IMG/VR virus record: IMGVR_UViG_2757320370_000005
Strand: one strand, 5' to 3'
Source: a virus
Lineage: Duplodnaviria; Caudoviricetes
Length of the DNA stretch: 64,000 nt
Program-made: the position numbers and the translations under genes
Shown: one piece after another, positions 46,345 through 56,391 of the stretch
How positions within the stretch are numbered: the first letter of the stretch is position 1
Layout: every line of letters starts with the position of its first letter
The notes under the pieces: model-generated
The model's input: only the letters and a program-made list of their open reading frames with translations
Databases searched by the model: none
What the model was told of the DNA's origin: nothing

Positions 46345-46692
46345 CTATAGGCTGGGGCTTACCTCGTTTTTTTCGGAATCGGCACCAGCTCTATCCTTGA
46401 CCGGCTCCAGTACAAATTCAATGAGTTTCAGCAGTTGATTAAGGTCGGTGTTATCAACAATCCAGTCCGCTGTAACCTCTGGGAAGGATGGCCGCAGGAT
46501 GCTCGCCACCTGATCAAGCAGCAACGGGAAGGTGTCTTGACTTCCTGACTGCAGCTTGTCGGAGTTTTTGGCGATATCCAGAGTTACCCGGGACGGGATG
46601 CGGGATACATCAATTCGTTTCCCAGCAAGGATGACAACCCGCTCCTCTGGGATGATTTGATCCAGGTCAAGAATCACTTGTTTTTTTGACAT
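46345..46692 (-). CDS. Tail assembly chaperone (gpG-like)
   Basis: Between MTP and TMP; slippery heptamer near the 3' end. Confidence 0.85.
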   Translation of the reverse strand: MSKKQVILDLDQIIPEERVVILAGKRIDVSRIPSRVTLDIAKNSDKLQSGSQDTFPLLLDQVASILRPSFPEVTADWIVDNTDLNQLLKLIEFVLEPVKDRAGADSEKNEVSPSL

Positions 46693-46698
46693 TTTTAA

Positions 46699-47493
46699 TT
46701 AAACCCCCTGTTCATCATAAATTTCGAAAAGTTGTTCTCCGACGGCCCGGCTGGAATCCATGGTGCCGTTCATGCGGATTGGTGTGATTGCTGGGTCCTC
46801 GGCGTCCGCTTCCGGGAACGTGATGTTCAGGCCGCTCTCTGGAGTCGCCTTGTAGATTGTGATACGGAATTCCTTGCCCGCGTCATCATAGTTTGTGATA
46901 CGTGCAACACGGGGCTGGAAGGTCCCCAAACCGCCAGAAAGGAAACGTTGAGCCGACAGAGGGGTATAAGTGTAGTTGACCATTACGGCGTCTCCAGAAG
47001 TGATTCCGCCGCCCTCCACCCTGGAAATGACTGTGAACCCTGCGCTGTCAACGGCGAGGGTGTAATCCGTACCCGCTGCCAATGTTGTTGCGCCTTTTTT
47101 AACTGTCACTGCAGTAACAACCGTTCCGGCTCCATTTTTATGCAGGAGACGTTTTTGAACTTGATTGGATAGTGTCACTGGCTCATTGGTTACAGTTTTC
47201 GGTGTTCCGGCAATGGTTTCGATCTTGTCAATTCCACCGCGAATCGTTGCCAGAGTAGCGAGGTTGATTTCCATCAGGTCGCCCTCAATACCAGCCGCGT
47301 GATTGTTAATCCCTGTCTTGATTACCCCGGCGTTGTCACTGGTTACAGTCATCTCGTCCCAAGTTTCCTCGAAAACAATGCTGTTCATCGCCCCGAGGTC
47401 AATAAAGCTATTAATGTCTGGACCAACCTCGAATTTCGCGGAGCCAAACCGGATAGTATTTCCCGCTTGGACTGTTGTCATATTGCGTCCCAT
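46699..47493 (-). CDS. Major tail protein
   Basis: Position after the tail terminator; typical size and beta-rich sequence. Confidence 0.85.
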   Translation of the reverse strand: MGRNMTTVQAGNTIRFGSAKFEVGPDINSFIDLGAMNSIVFEETWDEMTVTSDNAGVIKTGINNHAAGIEGDLMEINLATLATIRGGIDKIETIAGTPKTVTNEPVTLSNQVQKRLLHKNGAGTVVTAVTVKKGATTLAAGTDYTLAVDSAGFTVISRVEGGGITSGDAVMVNYTYTPLSAQRFLSGGLGTFQPRVARITNYDDAGKEFRITIYKATPESGLNITFPEADAEDPAITPIRMNGTMDSSRAVGEQLFEIYDEQGV

Positions 47494-47498
47494 AATTG

Positions 47499-47645
47499 TT
47501 ATTCCTCCTCAGATTTTTCGATTTTAGAAACAGAAATCGCTACATCTTGGCCTGCGTATTTCTCGATCAACTCAATAACCGACACTCCGTCAATTACCAG
47601 CTCGCCGTGTTCGTTTCTTTCGAGCACACCATAAATACTCAGCAC
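47499..47645 (-). CDS. 48-aa hypothetical protein; not in the ORF track
   Basis: GTG start; MLSIYGVLERNEHGELVIDG... Confidence 0.55.
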   Translation of the reverse strand: MLSIYGVLERNEHGELVIDGVSVIELIEKYAGQDVAISVSKIEKSEEE

Positions 47646-47647
47646 GT

Positions 47648-48028
47648 TTATTCCTCCCGATAGATAATTTTGAAATCCGTTGCTATGTGATAGAGCTTTG
47701 TGTCGCTCTCGTACATGTCCCTGCTGCCCTCCCAGACGCCTTGCAGCACCCTAACGCCGCCCATATTACCCTTGTAGCGTTGGAGAGCGTCACGCACCGC
47801 CTCGGCTACCGTCTTGGCCTCGCCGTAACGAGTAGAAAACACCGAGAACTGAAATCTCGGATAGGCAACGGGAAGGTTATGGTGAGCTACCCCTGAAATC
47901 TCCAGATACGCAATGGCTGGGTATGTTGGCTTCTCCGGCAGCCAGCCTGGATGAATCCGATTGCCTACAACGCCCTGAATCTCTGGAATGGTCAGCAGGT
48001 AATCACGTAGTTTTGTTTCGATTGCCAT
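47648..48028 (-). CDS. Tail terminator (DUF3168-like)
   Basis: RIHPGWLPEKPTYPAIAY...FQFSVFS. Confidence 0.85.
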   Translation of the reverse strand: MAIETKLRDYLLTIPEIQGVVGNRIHPGWLPEKPTYPAIAYLEISGVAHHNLPVAYPRFQFSVFSTRYGEAKTVAEAVRDALQRYKGNMGGVRVLQGVWEGSRDMYESDTKLYHIATDFKIIYREE

Positions 48029-48453
48029 CAGGCACCCACTCTCTCAACCACTGCCTTTACGCCCTCTATGAGCAGCTTTCGGACCTTGGCCCGGCTCTTA
48101 TCCATAGATGGCCGCATGAACGGTCTCGGCGGCTGGTGGCTACTGCCGTATTCGTAGAAGGTAACGTAAAAAGGGGCAGACGCAGATAAATCTCCTTTGC
48201 GTGCCCCTACCGTTACATTTGCATAAAACGCACCTTTTTTTGATGTGCCAATGTTGATTTCCAAAGAAAAACGAGTGTTCCCCGTAGCCCCGATAGGTGC
48301 CCGGGAATCAGCTTCGCGGAATACAATTTCAGCAGCCTGAGAGATCAGGTCCCGAATCTCCTTGGTGATCTCAGCGTTTGCTCGCTTCAGCTGCCGGATA
48401 ACTTCCTCTGCACCATCCACACGGATGTTTGACCTTGATGTGCGCCGGACCAT
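48028..48453 (-). CDS. HK97 gp10-like tail completion protein
   Basis: FYEYGSSHQPPRPFMRP. Confidence 0.9.
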   Translation of the reverse strand: MVRRTSRSNIRVDGAEEVIRQLKRANAEITKEIRDLISQAAEIVFREADSRAPIGATGNTRFSLEINIGTSKKGAFYANVTVGARKGDLSASAPFYVTFYEYGSSHQPPRPFMRPSMDKSRAKVRKLLIEGVKAVVERVGA

Positions 48454-48782
48454 TATTGACGCTCCTTGCACATCAGCTGCAGTTCTTTATTCTCATACTT
48501 CGGATTGATGATATATAGAATCTCGAATTCAACGCCTTTGTAACGTACAACCATTGTCCTATCAATCCCTTCGCGGTACCGTATACGGATGCGCGTAGTC
48601 ACATCGGCGGTGACTTGTGCGGCTGCAGCTCGGTCTTGTCCTCGAAGTGGCTCTATTGCAGCCCACAGCTTTACCACTTCCACCCAATCGTCCGTAGGCT
48701 GTCCCCATTCATCCAGATCATCAGGACCAGGAGGTCGAAAGACTACGGACCGCTTATTGAGACGGTTAACAAGCACGGTCAT
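48453..48782 (-). CDS. Head closure / head-tail adaptor
   Basis: LWAAIEPLRG...RIRIRYR. Confidence 0.9.
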   Translation of the reverse strand: MTVLVNRLNKRSVVFRPPGPDDLDEWGQPTDDWVEVVKLWAAIEPLRGQDRAAAAQVTADVTTRIRIRYREGIDRTMVVRYKGVEFEILYIINPKYENKELQLMCKERQ

Positions 48783-49045
48783 GATTCTTCACTGATCCCC
48801 ATCAATTCGATAGCTTTCGCCTTCCCTCGGACCTTTTCTCCGTTGGGAAGCTCAAAGATCCCGCCGCCAGCATGCTTCGGCCATTCCTCCGGAGTCTCTG
48901 CTGGCACATCTTGGCCGATGTATCCGAGTTTCTGGAGGTATCCAGCACGTTCCTCTCCAGCCTCATACGCCGAACCAATTTCGTGAACCTTTCCAGATCC
49001 CTTATCCCGGAATTTCTTTAACACGGGATATTCCATATCAATCAC
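48779..49045 (-). CDS. Small head-associated protein
   Basis: KFRDK...LQKLGYI; ELPNGEKVRGK. Confidence 0.75.
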   Translation of the reverse strand: MIDMEYPVLKKFRDKGSGKVHEIGSAYEAGEERAGYLQKLGYIGQDVPAETPEEWPKHAGGGIFELPNGEKVRGKAKAIELMGISEES

Positions 49046-49308
49046 CCCGTTTTCAGTTGTAAAATCAGGCTTTCCAGTGAAAAATTGAATTTCTCAAGCT
49101 TCTCGGCAGGATCTCGGTGCTCATAGTTAATAGCACAGTAAAGCATCACGGCCAGTTTGTACCTGGCCGATCCACTTTGATCCTCTGGCACTCCCGCTAC
49201 AAGCAAGTATTCCTCGGCTGCGGCAACAAAAAGAGCGAGGGTTGTATCCTCCTCGCTCCCGTCTATTCTCAGATATCCTTTTAGTTCATCCAGCGGTAAA
49301 TCGAGCAT
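49042..49308 (-). CDS. Head-tail connector (gp6-like)
   Basis: LKGYLRIDGSEEDTTL. Confidence 0.9.
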   Translation of the reverse strand: MLDLPLDELKGYLRIDGSEEDTTLALFVAAAEEYLLVAGVPEDQSGSARYKLAVMLYCAINYEHRDPAEKLEKFNFSLESLILQLKTG

Positions 49309-49326
49309 GTCCGGCTCCTCTCCGCC

Positions 49327-49611
49327 CTATATCGTCGGCACCCAATCCAGTACGGCGGAGTACACCGTGCCGTCAATGGTCTTGACCTCAATAGTGTACT
49401 GTCCTGCTGGGTTGTTATCGCTAAACCACAGCGTTTCTTGATCGTCTGGGGTCAGTTCTGCACCGTTTTTCTTGATGTAGGTGACCGCCCCCAGCGCGAG
49501 GGAAATTCTCGCTCCCGCACCATCCAACAGCTCGAACTCGGTATGATTCACACCGTTATGTTCACCCTCCTGGCCTGTTGGATTCAATGTTGCCGGCGAA
49601 GGAGTTAGAGC
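49327..49611 (-). CDS. Beta-rich (Ig-like?) capsid C-terminal extension added by -1 frameshift
   Basis: MCP ends GCA AAA AAG CTC TAA; the -1 frame is open into ORF 49327-49587, which has no RBS. Confidence 0.75.
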   Translation of the reverse strand, partial: ALTPSPATLNPTGQEGEHNGVNHTEFELLDGAGARISLALGAVTYIKKNGAELTPDDQETLWFSDNNPAGQYTIEVKTIDGTVYSAVLDWVPTI

Positions 49612-50744
49612 TTTTTTGCGATACGGAAGGCGGACTTCAGCTTGATCTTATGGTCGAGCCAAGCCGTCAGGACGAACAGTTCAACACCTGTCTTAACGTC
49701 CTTGTCGCGGTCATACAGCACTTGTGGGTCATAATTGAAGTGTGAATACCGGAAGTCTCCGACAATTGGGTTCACGGCCGAGTCGCTGAATACAACTGGT
49801 TTTCCAAGCACCTGCTCAGGTTGTGCGCTGTACAGCGTTGCATTGCCATTCGCCAGAACCTCAATGATGTCGAGATAATCTGCATAACGCATAACAATCT
49901 TTGCATTATCTCGATAATCCTCGTGCAAGGCAGCAATAGCATTTTTAATTGCTTTATACAAGTCCGCTCCGGTGACTACCGTGATGTTGTTCTGCGTCGA
50001 ATAGAAAGACATGTGCTCTTCTCCTACCTTCGGAGTTGCAGCAAACGCAACCTTCTTTTCTTTAGCAGCCAAACCACTCTCAAGTGCTTGGTCTACCGTT
50101 TGGACCAGATTGGTATCCGTTGCAGCGAGGATGGTCTCGGACACGGGCACATAAATTTTGAACTTGAAACGACCAAACGTCACCACATCTCCCTCGGCCT
50201 TCAACTCTTTAGCAGTTTCAGTGTCGAGAATGAAATCATCATCATCCAGAGTGAAAGTGATTTTAGGAATCTCAAGATTCGTTACGCTTGTCACTGTCGA
50301 AACATCGCGCAGTGGGTTCTTGACAAACGGCTCGTGCAGCAACTCTGTGGTCATTGTGGTAGGCAAGATTTTTTCTCCGCCAGTCGAGTTGTTGTCACCG
50401 AGAGCAGCTTTAATTTCTGGAGAAACAGTCTTTCCACCTACAACCGCACGGATCAAACCAGCTTTAGCAGCTGTAATTTTGGCCTTAGGGTCAGAAAGGT
50501 TTGCTCCAAGTGCCGGAGCCTTAGCTGCTAAGGACGCTGTTTGAGCCGCTTGCATTTCATCATGTTCTCTTTGCAGGATGTCAAAGCGTTCTTTCAGGTT
50601 ATTCTCCTTAGTTTCCAGCGCCTTGATATCTTCGATGCTCGCTTCTGGCTTAGATGCCTCCACCAACTTCGCTTGCTTTGCAGCAGCGTATGCCGTGCCG
50701 ATAGTCAACAAATCATTTTTTACATCGAACAGTGTTTTAGCCAT
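49605..50744 (-). CDS. HK97-type major capsid protein
   Basis: N-terminal coiled-coil delta domain, GGEKILP, VLGKPVVF. Confidence 0.95.
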   Translation of the reverse strand: MAKTLFDVKNDLLTIGTAYAAAKQAKLVEASKPEASIEDIKALETKENNLKERFDILQREHDEMQAAQTASLAAKAPALGANLSDPKAKITAAKAGLIRAVVGGKTVSPEIKAALGDNNSTGGEKILPTTMTTELLHEPFVKNPLRDVSTVTSVTNLEIPKITFTLDDDDFILDTETAKELKAEGDVVTFGRFKFKIYVPVSETILAATDTNLVQTVDQALESGLAAKEKKVAFAATPKVGEEHMSFYSTQNNITVVTGADLYKAIKNAIAALHEDYRDNAKIVMRYADYLDIIEVLANGNATLYSAQPEQVLGKPVVFSDSAVNPIVGDFRYSHFNYDPQVLYDRDKDVKTGVELFVLTAWLDHKIKLKSAFRIAKKL

Positions 50745-51516
50745 TAATGATACCTCCCAGGTATGATTGCAAATTTTGTAATTCTAATTGAGCATTTCGG
50801 GCCATTTCAATACGTTCAGCTTCGGTATAACCTTTGTTCGAGGGAGCGACCGTCCGCTTGGAGATAGCTGCAGGAACGTTGCGATACTTTGCGAATAACT
50901 CTTCGCTAATTGACGCAGCCATTTGATTAGCTTCTTCAACGACATCACACAATCCGTATGCAAAGGCCTCGTCTGCAGAAAGCCAAGTCTCGGCATCAAG
51001 TAGATCATTCAAAGTCGCTTCATCAAGTTTATCCCCCCCTTTTTGTAAAAAACTTTGAGCAGCGGATTGCCCGATGCGTTCCAAATCGTCAGCGGCCTTT
51101 CGTAACTCTGTAGCATTGCCAACGGCTAACATCCAAGGGTGGTGAACCATCAGCATGCTGTTTTTAGGCATCCAAATTTCGTCTCCAGCCATCGCAATAA
51201 CCGCGGCTATTGAAGCCGCTAATGCATCCACGTGAGATATCACTCTCGCTTTATGGCGCTGCAACATATTGAGAATGGCTAGCCCTTCAAACACTGACCC
51301 GCCAGGACTGTTGATGTAGAGATGAATGACCTCAACCCCATCAGCCAATTCGTTCAATTCGTTTTTAAATGATGTGGATGAGACTTCTCCATATTCCTCC
51401 CACGCATACTTCGTAATTTCTCCATAAATGAAGATGTCTGCTGAACTTGGATCGCTCGCAGACATCTTCATCTCCCAAAACTTATTTGGGGCTTTATTTT
51501 GTTGGGCTTTACTCAT
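50737..51516 (-). CDS. ClpP-like prohead protease
   Basis: INSPGGSVFEG, AASIAAVI, MVHHP, ETWLSA. Confidence 0.95.
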   Translation of the reverse strand: MSKAQQNKAPNKFWEMKMSASDPSSADIFIYGEITKYAWEEYGEVSSTSFKNELNELADGVEVIHLYINSPGGSVFEGLAILNMLQRHKARVISHVDALAASIAAVIAMAGDEIWMPKNSMLMVHHPWMLAVGNATELRKAADDLERIGQSAAQSFLQKGGDKLDEATLNDLLDAETWLSADEAFAYGLCDVVEEANQMAASISEELFAKYRNVPAAISKRTVAPSNKGYTEAERIEMARNAQLELQNLQSYLGGIING

Positions 51517-52726
51517 TTTTTGTACTCACCCCCTTCCGTTGTTCGACTGGTGTATCTATTGGGTACAGGTCACCACTGATGTGCAGCTTGTCTCCGCCAG
51601 ATTCGGGCGGCAGCTCTTCCCAAGCTCGAACCTCATTGGGTTTGAACACCCCTGACCGGATCATTTTGAAGTAGAAATCACCTCTGGTTGCCATATCCCC
51701 ACGCAAAAGAGCGCCGACAGTGAACTTGAAGTACAGTCCCTGCTGGCGCTGCTGTGGTGTGAGCAGCTTCCGGTTAAATTCCTGTTCGTACTGCCGGATA
51801 ATTGGTAGCAGCGTATAAGTCACAAATTCAAGGCTCATTTGCTCCATACTGCTGTAACTTGCGCCGTCTGTCTCCCCGACCATAGTCACCGGCATGTTGA
51901 ATACTGTGGCGACCCGGGACCGCGTAATCTTTTCAACCTCAAACACCTTGGAGTCGATGAAGTTACGATTGATCTCCTTGATTTCCACCCCTGGCTCTTG
52001 AATGATGACCCCGCCATTTTCTTGGTAGAATTTCGCAAAGTTCTCCCAAATCTCTTTTTTCTTATCTGCCCCAACATGCGCGGCCAGCTTCAAAATAAAA
52101 GAGGCTTTTATCGACGAATCCAATTGATCTAACGTGAACTTTCTCACAGCAGCGTCGAAGTCGATTGTTCCCCGCAGGACATCAATAGGGCTGATCCCTT
52201 TATAGCCATTCTGAGAGGTCTGCACATGGTTGATATGCACCATATCCATGTTATGGACGTAATAGGTCCCTTTGTCTCCTCGGACCATGTACCACAGCTC
52301 GTCAGTGTCTTGCTCAACAACAGGCTCAACCTTTGTCGGATCAAGCACAATCAGCGCTTCGACTTCATAGAATCGGTTATACTCTTTCATCGCATAACCA
52401 TTTCCATATACATTCCGATGGGTCTCCAGCAGCCTAATAAATCCGAATGAGGTCATATTCCGGTTCGGAGCGTTCGCTATTAAGTCATTCAATCCTTCAT
52501 AAACAGGGCTGTATTCCTTATAGAGTTTGATCGGAAGCACAGCCAATGAGTTTGAAAGCCGAGAGACAGCCGCGAATATCGTTTCGTTCGAAGCGAGCTC
52601 TCCCCCAGCCATACCTCTGAAGATGGAAAGTCCGTTCCTGAACCAGCTGGTGAAATTTTCTGTGCCCGCAGGAGCTTTGTTGCGGACCACATTCCAAGCC
52701 ACTTTTGTTCGTTGCCATAATTTCAT
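51509..52726 (-). CDS. HK97-family portal protein
   Basis: GNGY, GYKGISPI, VATVFNMP, PNEVR. Confidence 0.95.
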   Translation of the reverse strand: MKLWQRTKVAWNVVRNKAPAGTENFTSWFRNGLSIFRGMAGGELASNETIFAAVSRLSNSLAVLPIKLYKEYSPVYEGLNDLIANAPNRNMTSFGFIRLLETHRNVYGNGYAMKEYNRFYEVEALIVLDPTKVEPVVEQDTDELWYMVRGDKGTYYVHNMDMVHINHVQTSQNGYKGISPIDVLRGTIDFDAAVRKFTLDQLDSSIKASFILKLAAHVGADKKKEIWENFAKFYQENGGVIIQEPGVEIKEINRNFIDSKVFEVEKITRSRVATVFNMPVTMVGETDGASYSSMEQMSLEFVTYTLLPIIRQYEQEFNRKLLTPQQRQQGLYFKFTVGALLRGDMATRGDFYFKMIRSGVFKPNEVRAWEELPPESGGDKLHISGDLYPIDTPVEQRKGVSTKNE

Positions 52727-52735
52727 TTCTTGTCA

Positions 52736-54442
52736 TCACCCCCTTAGCAGTTCCTTGATTGAAACGAATGACACATCTCCGGTTGGCGGAGCCACTGCGA
52801 GTTGCTTCATGACCTCTACATGGGCATTCAAAAAGGCCGCAAACCCGTCAATTTTACGGTAGCGACCTTGTTTTGTTGGTATTTTGTTCCGGTTTCTGTC
52901 TTCGACAAGTTTGACGTTGTTGATATACCAGCGAAACAGCCGGTTATTGTTGTAGATGACCTTACCGTCGATGAAGAGTTCCTTCAGATCGTCCATGGCC
53001 GGGCCTAGCGTCATATGACCTTGCCGGACAACCTCGCAGTTAAATCCATAGCCCTTCAAAGACTCGACAAGCCCGAACGCTTTGGCCGGGTCATACATGA
53101 TCTTTTCAATCCCATATTTCTCGGATTGTTCCACAAACCAGTCGAATATGTACTCTTTTTTGACGTATTCGCCCGGAATTATGGTCAAAAGACCCATTTC
53201 TTCGTACTCTTTGTACGGCAAATCTTCGTTTCCTTGTTTCACTTTCTCGGCGGGAATCCATGTGTGGGATATCGCGAATACCTCTCCCGTCTCCAGAATC
53301 GGAAACTCTAAACAGGCACTGGTAAAGTCTTCACTGTCGGAAAGGTCAAAGCCACCAATGCAGCCTTTGCCCTCGAACTGCTTCGCATCCAGATTCTTGT
53401 TGTTGCGCTTCAGCACCTCAAAGGAGAGGAAGGACTCAGCATCAGCCTTAACGAAAATATTCAACCGCTTGGTGATAAAGTCATTCCGTTCAGCTGGAAT
53501 GTGCTTGCGGTCCTCCCACTCCTTGAGCATATCCTCCATTTTAATTGTGACGCCGAGGTTTGGATTAGCCTTGATCCAATTGTCCGGGTTTTCAATGTCG
53601 TCTCCCGGGTCCAACTCAGCCATAAAGTAAAAAGCATGCTCTGCCTGTATGACACCTTCCAGCACATCCGCTGCTTTGTCGTAGTAATCCATCAACGGAC
53701 CGTCCAACTGATAACCAGCTGTTGTGATGTATAGAATCATTGGCTGTGACCGAGCGCCGGTTGAGTTCTTGATGACGTTAATCAGCTTGTATGTCTTGTA
53801 CTCGTGGATCTCGTCGAAAACCCCCATGCTGCAGTTCTTGCCGTCGAGTTTCTTGCTGTCGGTTGCCAACGGCAATATCTTCGACATCGTACGCCGGAAA
53901 CGGATCTCATGCAGCGTTTCGTCAAAGTGCTTCCGCAGCAATGGGGACGCCTTGATCATCGCCTTACACTCATCAAACATATCCCGGGCTTGCTCTTTGG
54001 AGTTGGCTAGTTGGTAGACCCTCGCCCCATTTTCTCCATCCTTTGAAGCTCCATAGAGCGACAATCCAGACACCTTTGCTGTTTTACCATTTTTACGGGC
54101 AACAAAAATAAGCCCCTCCCGAAAGCGGCGGAACCCAGTGTCTTTATGCACCCACCCATAGAGTGAGCCGATTATGAAGTGCTGCCAGGGTTGCAACTCA
54201 AGCCGATCAAAGTCACCCATGGAAGGCTTACAGAATTTTTCGATATAACCAACAGGCCGATAGCCTTTTTCCTCGTCAAAAATAAACGGGAAGCCCGGTG
54301 TGCCTTGCCTCTTTAGATCGTTTAAATGCCGCTGACAGGCCTGATAGACCTTTTTCGATGTGATGATAAGATGTGCGACGACTGCGGTTGCATATTGTGT
54401 GGTCTGCAGCTTGGGTAGATCAGTAGCTAGAGAAGTCGTCAC
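52736..54442 (-). CDS. terL: Terminase large subunit
   Basis: VARKNGKT Walker A, FDEIHE Walker B, GFDLS nuclease motif, KIDG. Confidence 0.97.
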   Translation of the reverse strand: MTTSLATDLPKLQTTQYATAVVAHLIITSKKVYQACQRHLNDLKRQGTPGFPFIFDEEKGYRPVGYIEKFCKPSMGDFDRLELQPWQHFIIGSLYGWVHKDTGFRRFREGLIFVARKNGKTAKVSGLSLYGASKDGENGARVYQLANSKEQARDMFDECKAMIKASPLLRKHFDETLHEIRFRRTMSKILPLATDSKKLDGKNCSMGVFDEIHEYKTYKLINVIKNSTGARSQPMILYITTAGYQLDGPLMDYYDKAADVLEGVIQAEHAFYFMAELDPGDDIENPDNWIKANPNLGVTIKMEDMLKEWEDRKHIPAERNDFITKRLNIFVKADAESFLSFEVLKRNNKNLDAKQFEGKGCIGGFDLSDSEDFTSACLEFPILETGEVFAISHTWIPAEKVKQGNEDLPYKEYEEMGLLTIIPGEYVKKEYIFDWFVEQSEKYGIEKIMYDPAKAFGLVESLKGYGFNCEVVRQGHMTLGPAMDDLKELFIDGKVIYNNNRLFRWYINNVKLVEDRNRNKIPTKQGRYRKIDGFAAFLNAHVEVMKQLAVAPPTGDVSFVSIKELLRG

Positions 54443-54794
54443 CTTTATCCCCACCTTCCGGAGCAACTACACCGGAGACCTTTCTGTCCGAGGCGGGGGT
54501 CAGCTTAAGCTCAGCCTGCAGTTTCCTCTGATGCTCAATAATTTTGATTACCGAGTCCACTGATTTGTTCTGCCGGTAGAGTTGTTGCGATCCGTTTATA
54601 AAGAGCTCGACCACACCGCGATCCTTTATATCCACCAAATGTTGCTGCTTCAGCTGCTCCAGCAAGGCTAAATTATCCGTAATCATGATAGTGCGATCAG
54701 ATAGATTGTCGTCAATCTCCAATTCTCGTATCACGATATCGAATAACTTCTTGGCTGATCGGTCCTTGATTTCCTTTTTTGGCTTGTGTTCCAT
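54420..54794 (-). CDS. terS: Terminase small subunit (P27-like)
   Basis: Upstream of terL; ELKLTPASDRK. Confidence 0.85.
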   Translation of the reverse strand: MEHKPKKEIKDRSAKKLFDIVIRELEIDDNLSDRTIMITDNLALLEQLKQQHLVDIKDRGVVELFINGSQQLYRQNKSVDSVIKIIEHQRKLQAELKLTPASDRKVSGVVAPEGGDKGDDFSSY

Positions 54795-54819
54795 GACACC
54801 CCCCCCTCTTATATGAAAT

Positions 54820-54895
54820 GGTCATGCGCCGAAAACGAAACTGGCAGCTCGGTCCCCTTTGGTATAGAACCCAACCTTGAGGGCAGGGGGCATCC
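54820..54895. other. Probable cos/packaging region
   Basis: GC-rich island in the HNH-terS intergenic region, the usual cos position in HK97-like phages; exact overhang not determinable. Confidence 0.4.
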
Positions 54896-55135
54896 ATATA
54901 GTTCCAGTTTTTTAATTACCACTAATTTACATTATAAATCCAATAAATAACATTTAATTAACACATTTTAACAAAATTACGAGAACTCTCATAACCACCT
55001 ACAAGCCGATTACAGGCGTTACAACGTATATACAGGTGTTTAAGCGAGCAGCCAGCGAAACGTCTTTAAAACGGCCTACAATGAGCTGTGTGAGCACGTA
55101 TCCGTTTATATCTCCCTTTGAAGTAGACTACACCA

Positions 55136-55504
55136 TCAGAAGACCTCGCTGTTACCCTTAGATACTATAAACCTCGCCCTCCGGGCTACTGGTGTCGCCT
55201 CTCCCCTCTCTCCAGGCCCTCCGTGCTCTTTGTTGTGACAGCCGTTACAGAGGCTTAATAGATTCTCTAGTACTAAAGCAAGATCAGGGTAATCACTCAG
55301 GGGTTTAATGTGATGGACCATATCAGCAGGAGTTAATTTCTTACGCTTTATGCAGTGCTGACATAGATAGTTGTCTCTGATGAGTGCTTGTACTCTTGCT
55401 GTCTCCCATGCTGTAGACCTGTAGAACGCTCTTGATCCCTTGTCTCGCTTATAGCGGTCATAGTAACGGTTCTGGTCACGCCTGCTCGTCACTGCCTTCA
55501 CCAA
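55136..55504 (-). CDS. Packaging-associated HNH endonuclease (gp74-like)
   Basis: CQHC...VHHIKP...NLLSLCNGCHNKEH upstream of terS. Confidence 0.92.
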   Translation of the reverse strand: MVKAVTSRRDQNRYYDRYKRDKGSRAFYRSTAWETARVQALIRDNYLCQHCIKRKKLTPADMVHHIKPLSDYPDLALVLENLLSLCNGCHNKEHGGPGERGEATPVARRARFIVSKGNSEVF

Positions 55505-56168
55505 CCTCTATAGTTACGAAGTCAGAGAGCCGACGTGTTAGCAGCTGGCGTACTTCTTCAAGAGCTGCCTCTACACCTAATGTGTTCATATATGCCTTGG
55601 CCTTGATGCCACCTATAGTACTTGACGCTCCACTCTGAGGCTCTACCTCAGTCACATACCAAACGACAGCTCGACTACCATCAGGGGTTGCTGTGGTGTA
55701 CCTTCCGGGTGGCCTGCCCTCGTCTCGCTTGTGAACTGTATAGAACTTGCCTAAATTGTCTAATGCCTCAGTAACCCTGTTCAACTCTTCCCTGCTATGG
55801 ACAGCCTTTTTGAAGCTCCCACTTCCTGCCTCTTCATGCCGGGCATTATCGAAGCAACGGCCGTGTGACAGTCCTTGTGTAGGAAAGGTATGAACATGGG
55901 TTATTCCATTCTCCCGTTCTCCGTGCGGCATAATTGGTCCTCTATCATAGAGGACTATTCCGCCATCAAAGATTTTATCTTTAGGGTTATAGATGAATGG
56001 GCCGAACCTTGCCATTAACTCCCATAACCTAAAGGTGGTGTATCCATCCTCATCTTTGCTGTAATCGCAGACCCATGGTGCCCCACCACGCTGTTCTCGC
56101 ATCAGCTGCTCCCCATATGGAGTAAGCTTTACCTTAACGTATTGGTCACTGCTCACCTCAAAATCCAT
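55476..56168 (-). CDS. Mosaic multi-domain hypothetical protein
   Basis: Domains paralogous to 57367-57783 and 56191-56391. Confidence 0.75.
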   Translation of the reverse strand: MDFEVSSDQYVKVKLTPYGEQLMREQRGGAPWVCDYSKDEDGYTTFRLWELMARFGPFIYNPKDKIFDGGIVLYDRGPIMPHGERENGITHVHTFPTQGLSHGRCFDNARHEEAGSGSFKKAVHSREELNRVTEALDNLGKFYTVHKRDEGRPPGRYTTATPDGSRAVVWYVTEVEPQSGASSTIGGIKAKAYMNTLGVEAALEEVRQLLTRRLSDFVTIEVGEGSDEQA

Positions 56169-56190
56169 GTGTTTCACCCCTTCTTGTCTA

Positions 56191-56391
56191 TCACTGTCCA
56201 ACATTTTGTGGTGCTACCTCTGTCACATGCCATACATCGTGTTTCGGCTCAAACAGTATGCCGCACTCGTCACGTTTAATCGCCTTATCCGAACCCGTTT
56301 CTTTCACCACTGTATAATCTTTCCTCAACATATCCAGCGCATCTGTAACCCTAAGCAGTTCCTCTTTGCTGTGAACCGTCTTCTTATACAT
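56191..56391 (-). CDS. Hypothetical protein
   Basis: GGAGG RBS. Confidence 0.75.
   Translation of the reverse strand: MYKKTVHSKEELLRVTDALDMLRKDYTVVKETGSDKAIKRDECGILFEPKHDVWHVTEVAPQNVGQ

Noticed and set aside
46690-46710. Frameshift extension of the major tail protein
   Set aside because: No X XXY YYZ heptamer in frame at the 3' end
41613-54563. Many plus-strand ORFs of 60-240 aa opposite structural genes
   Set aside because: Shadow frames of well-supported minus-strand genes; no RBS or motifs
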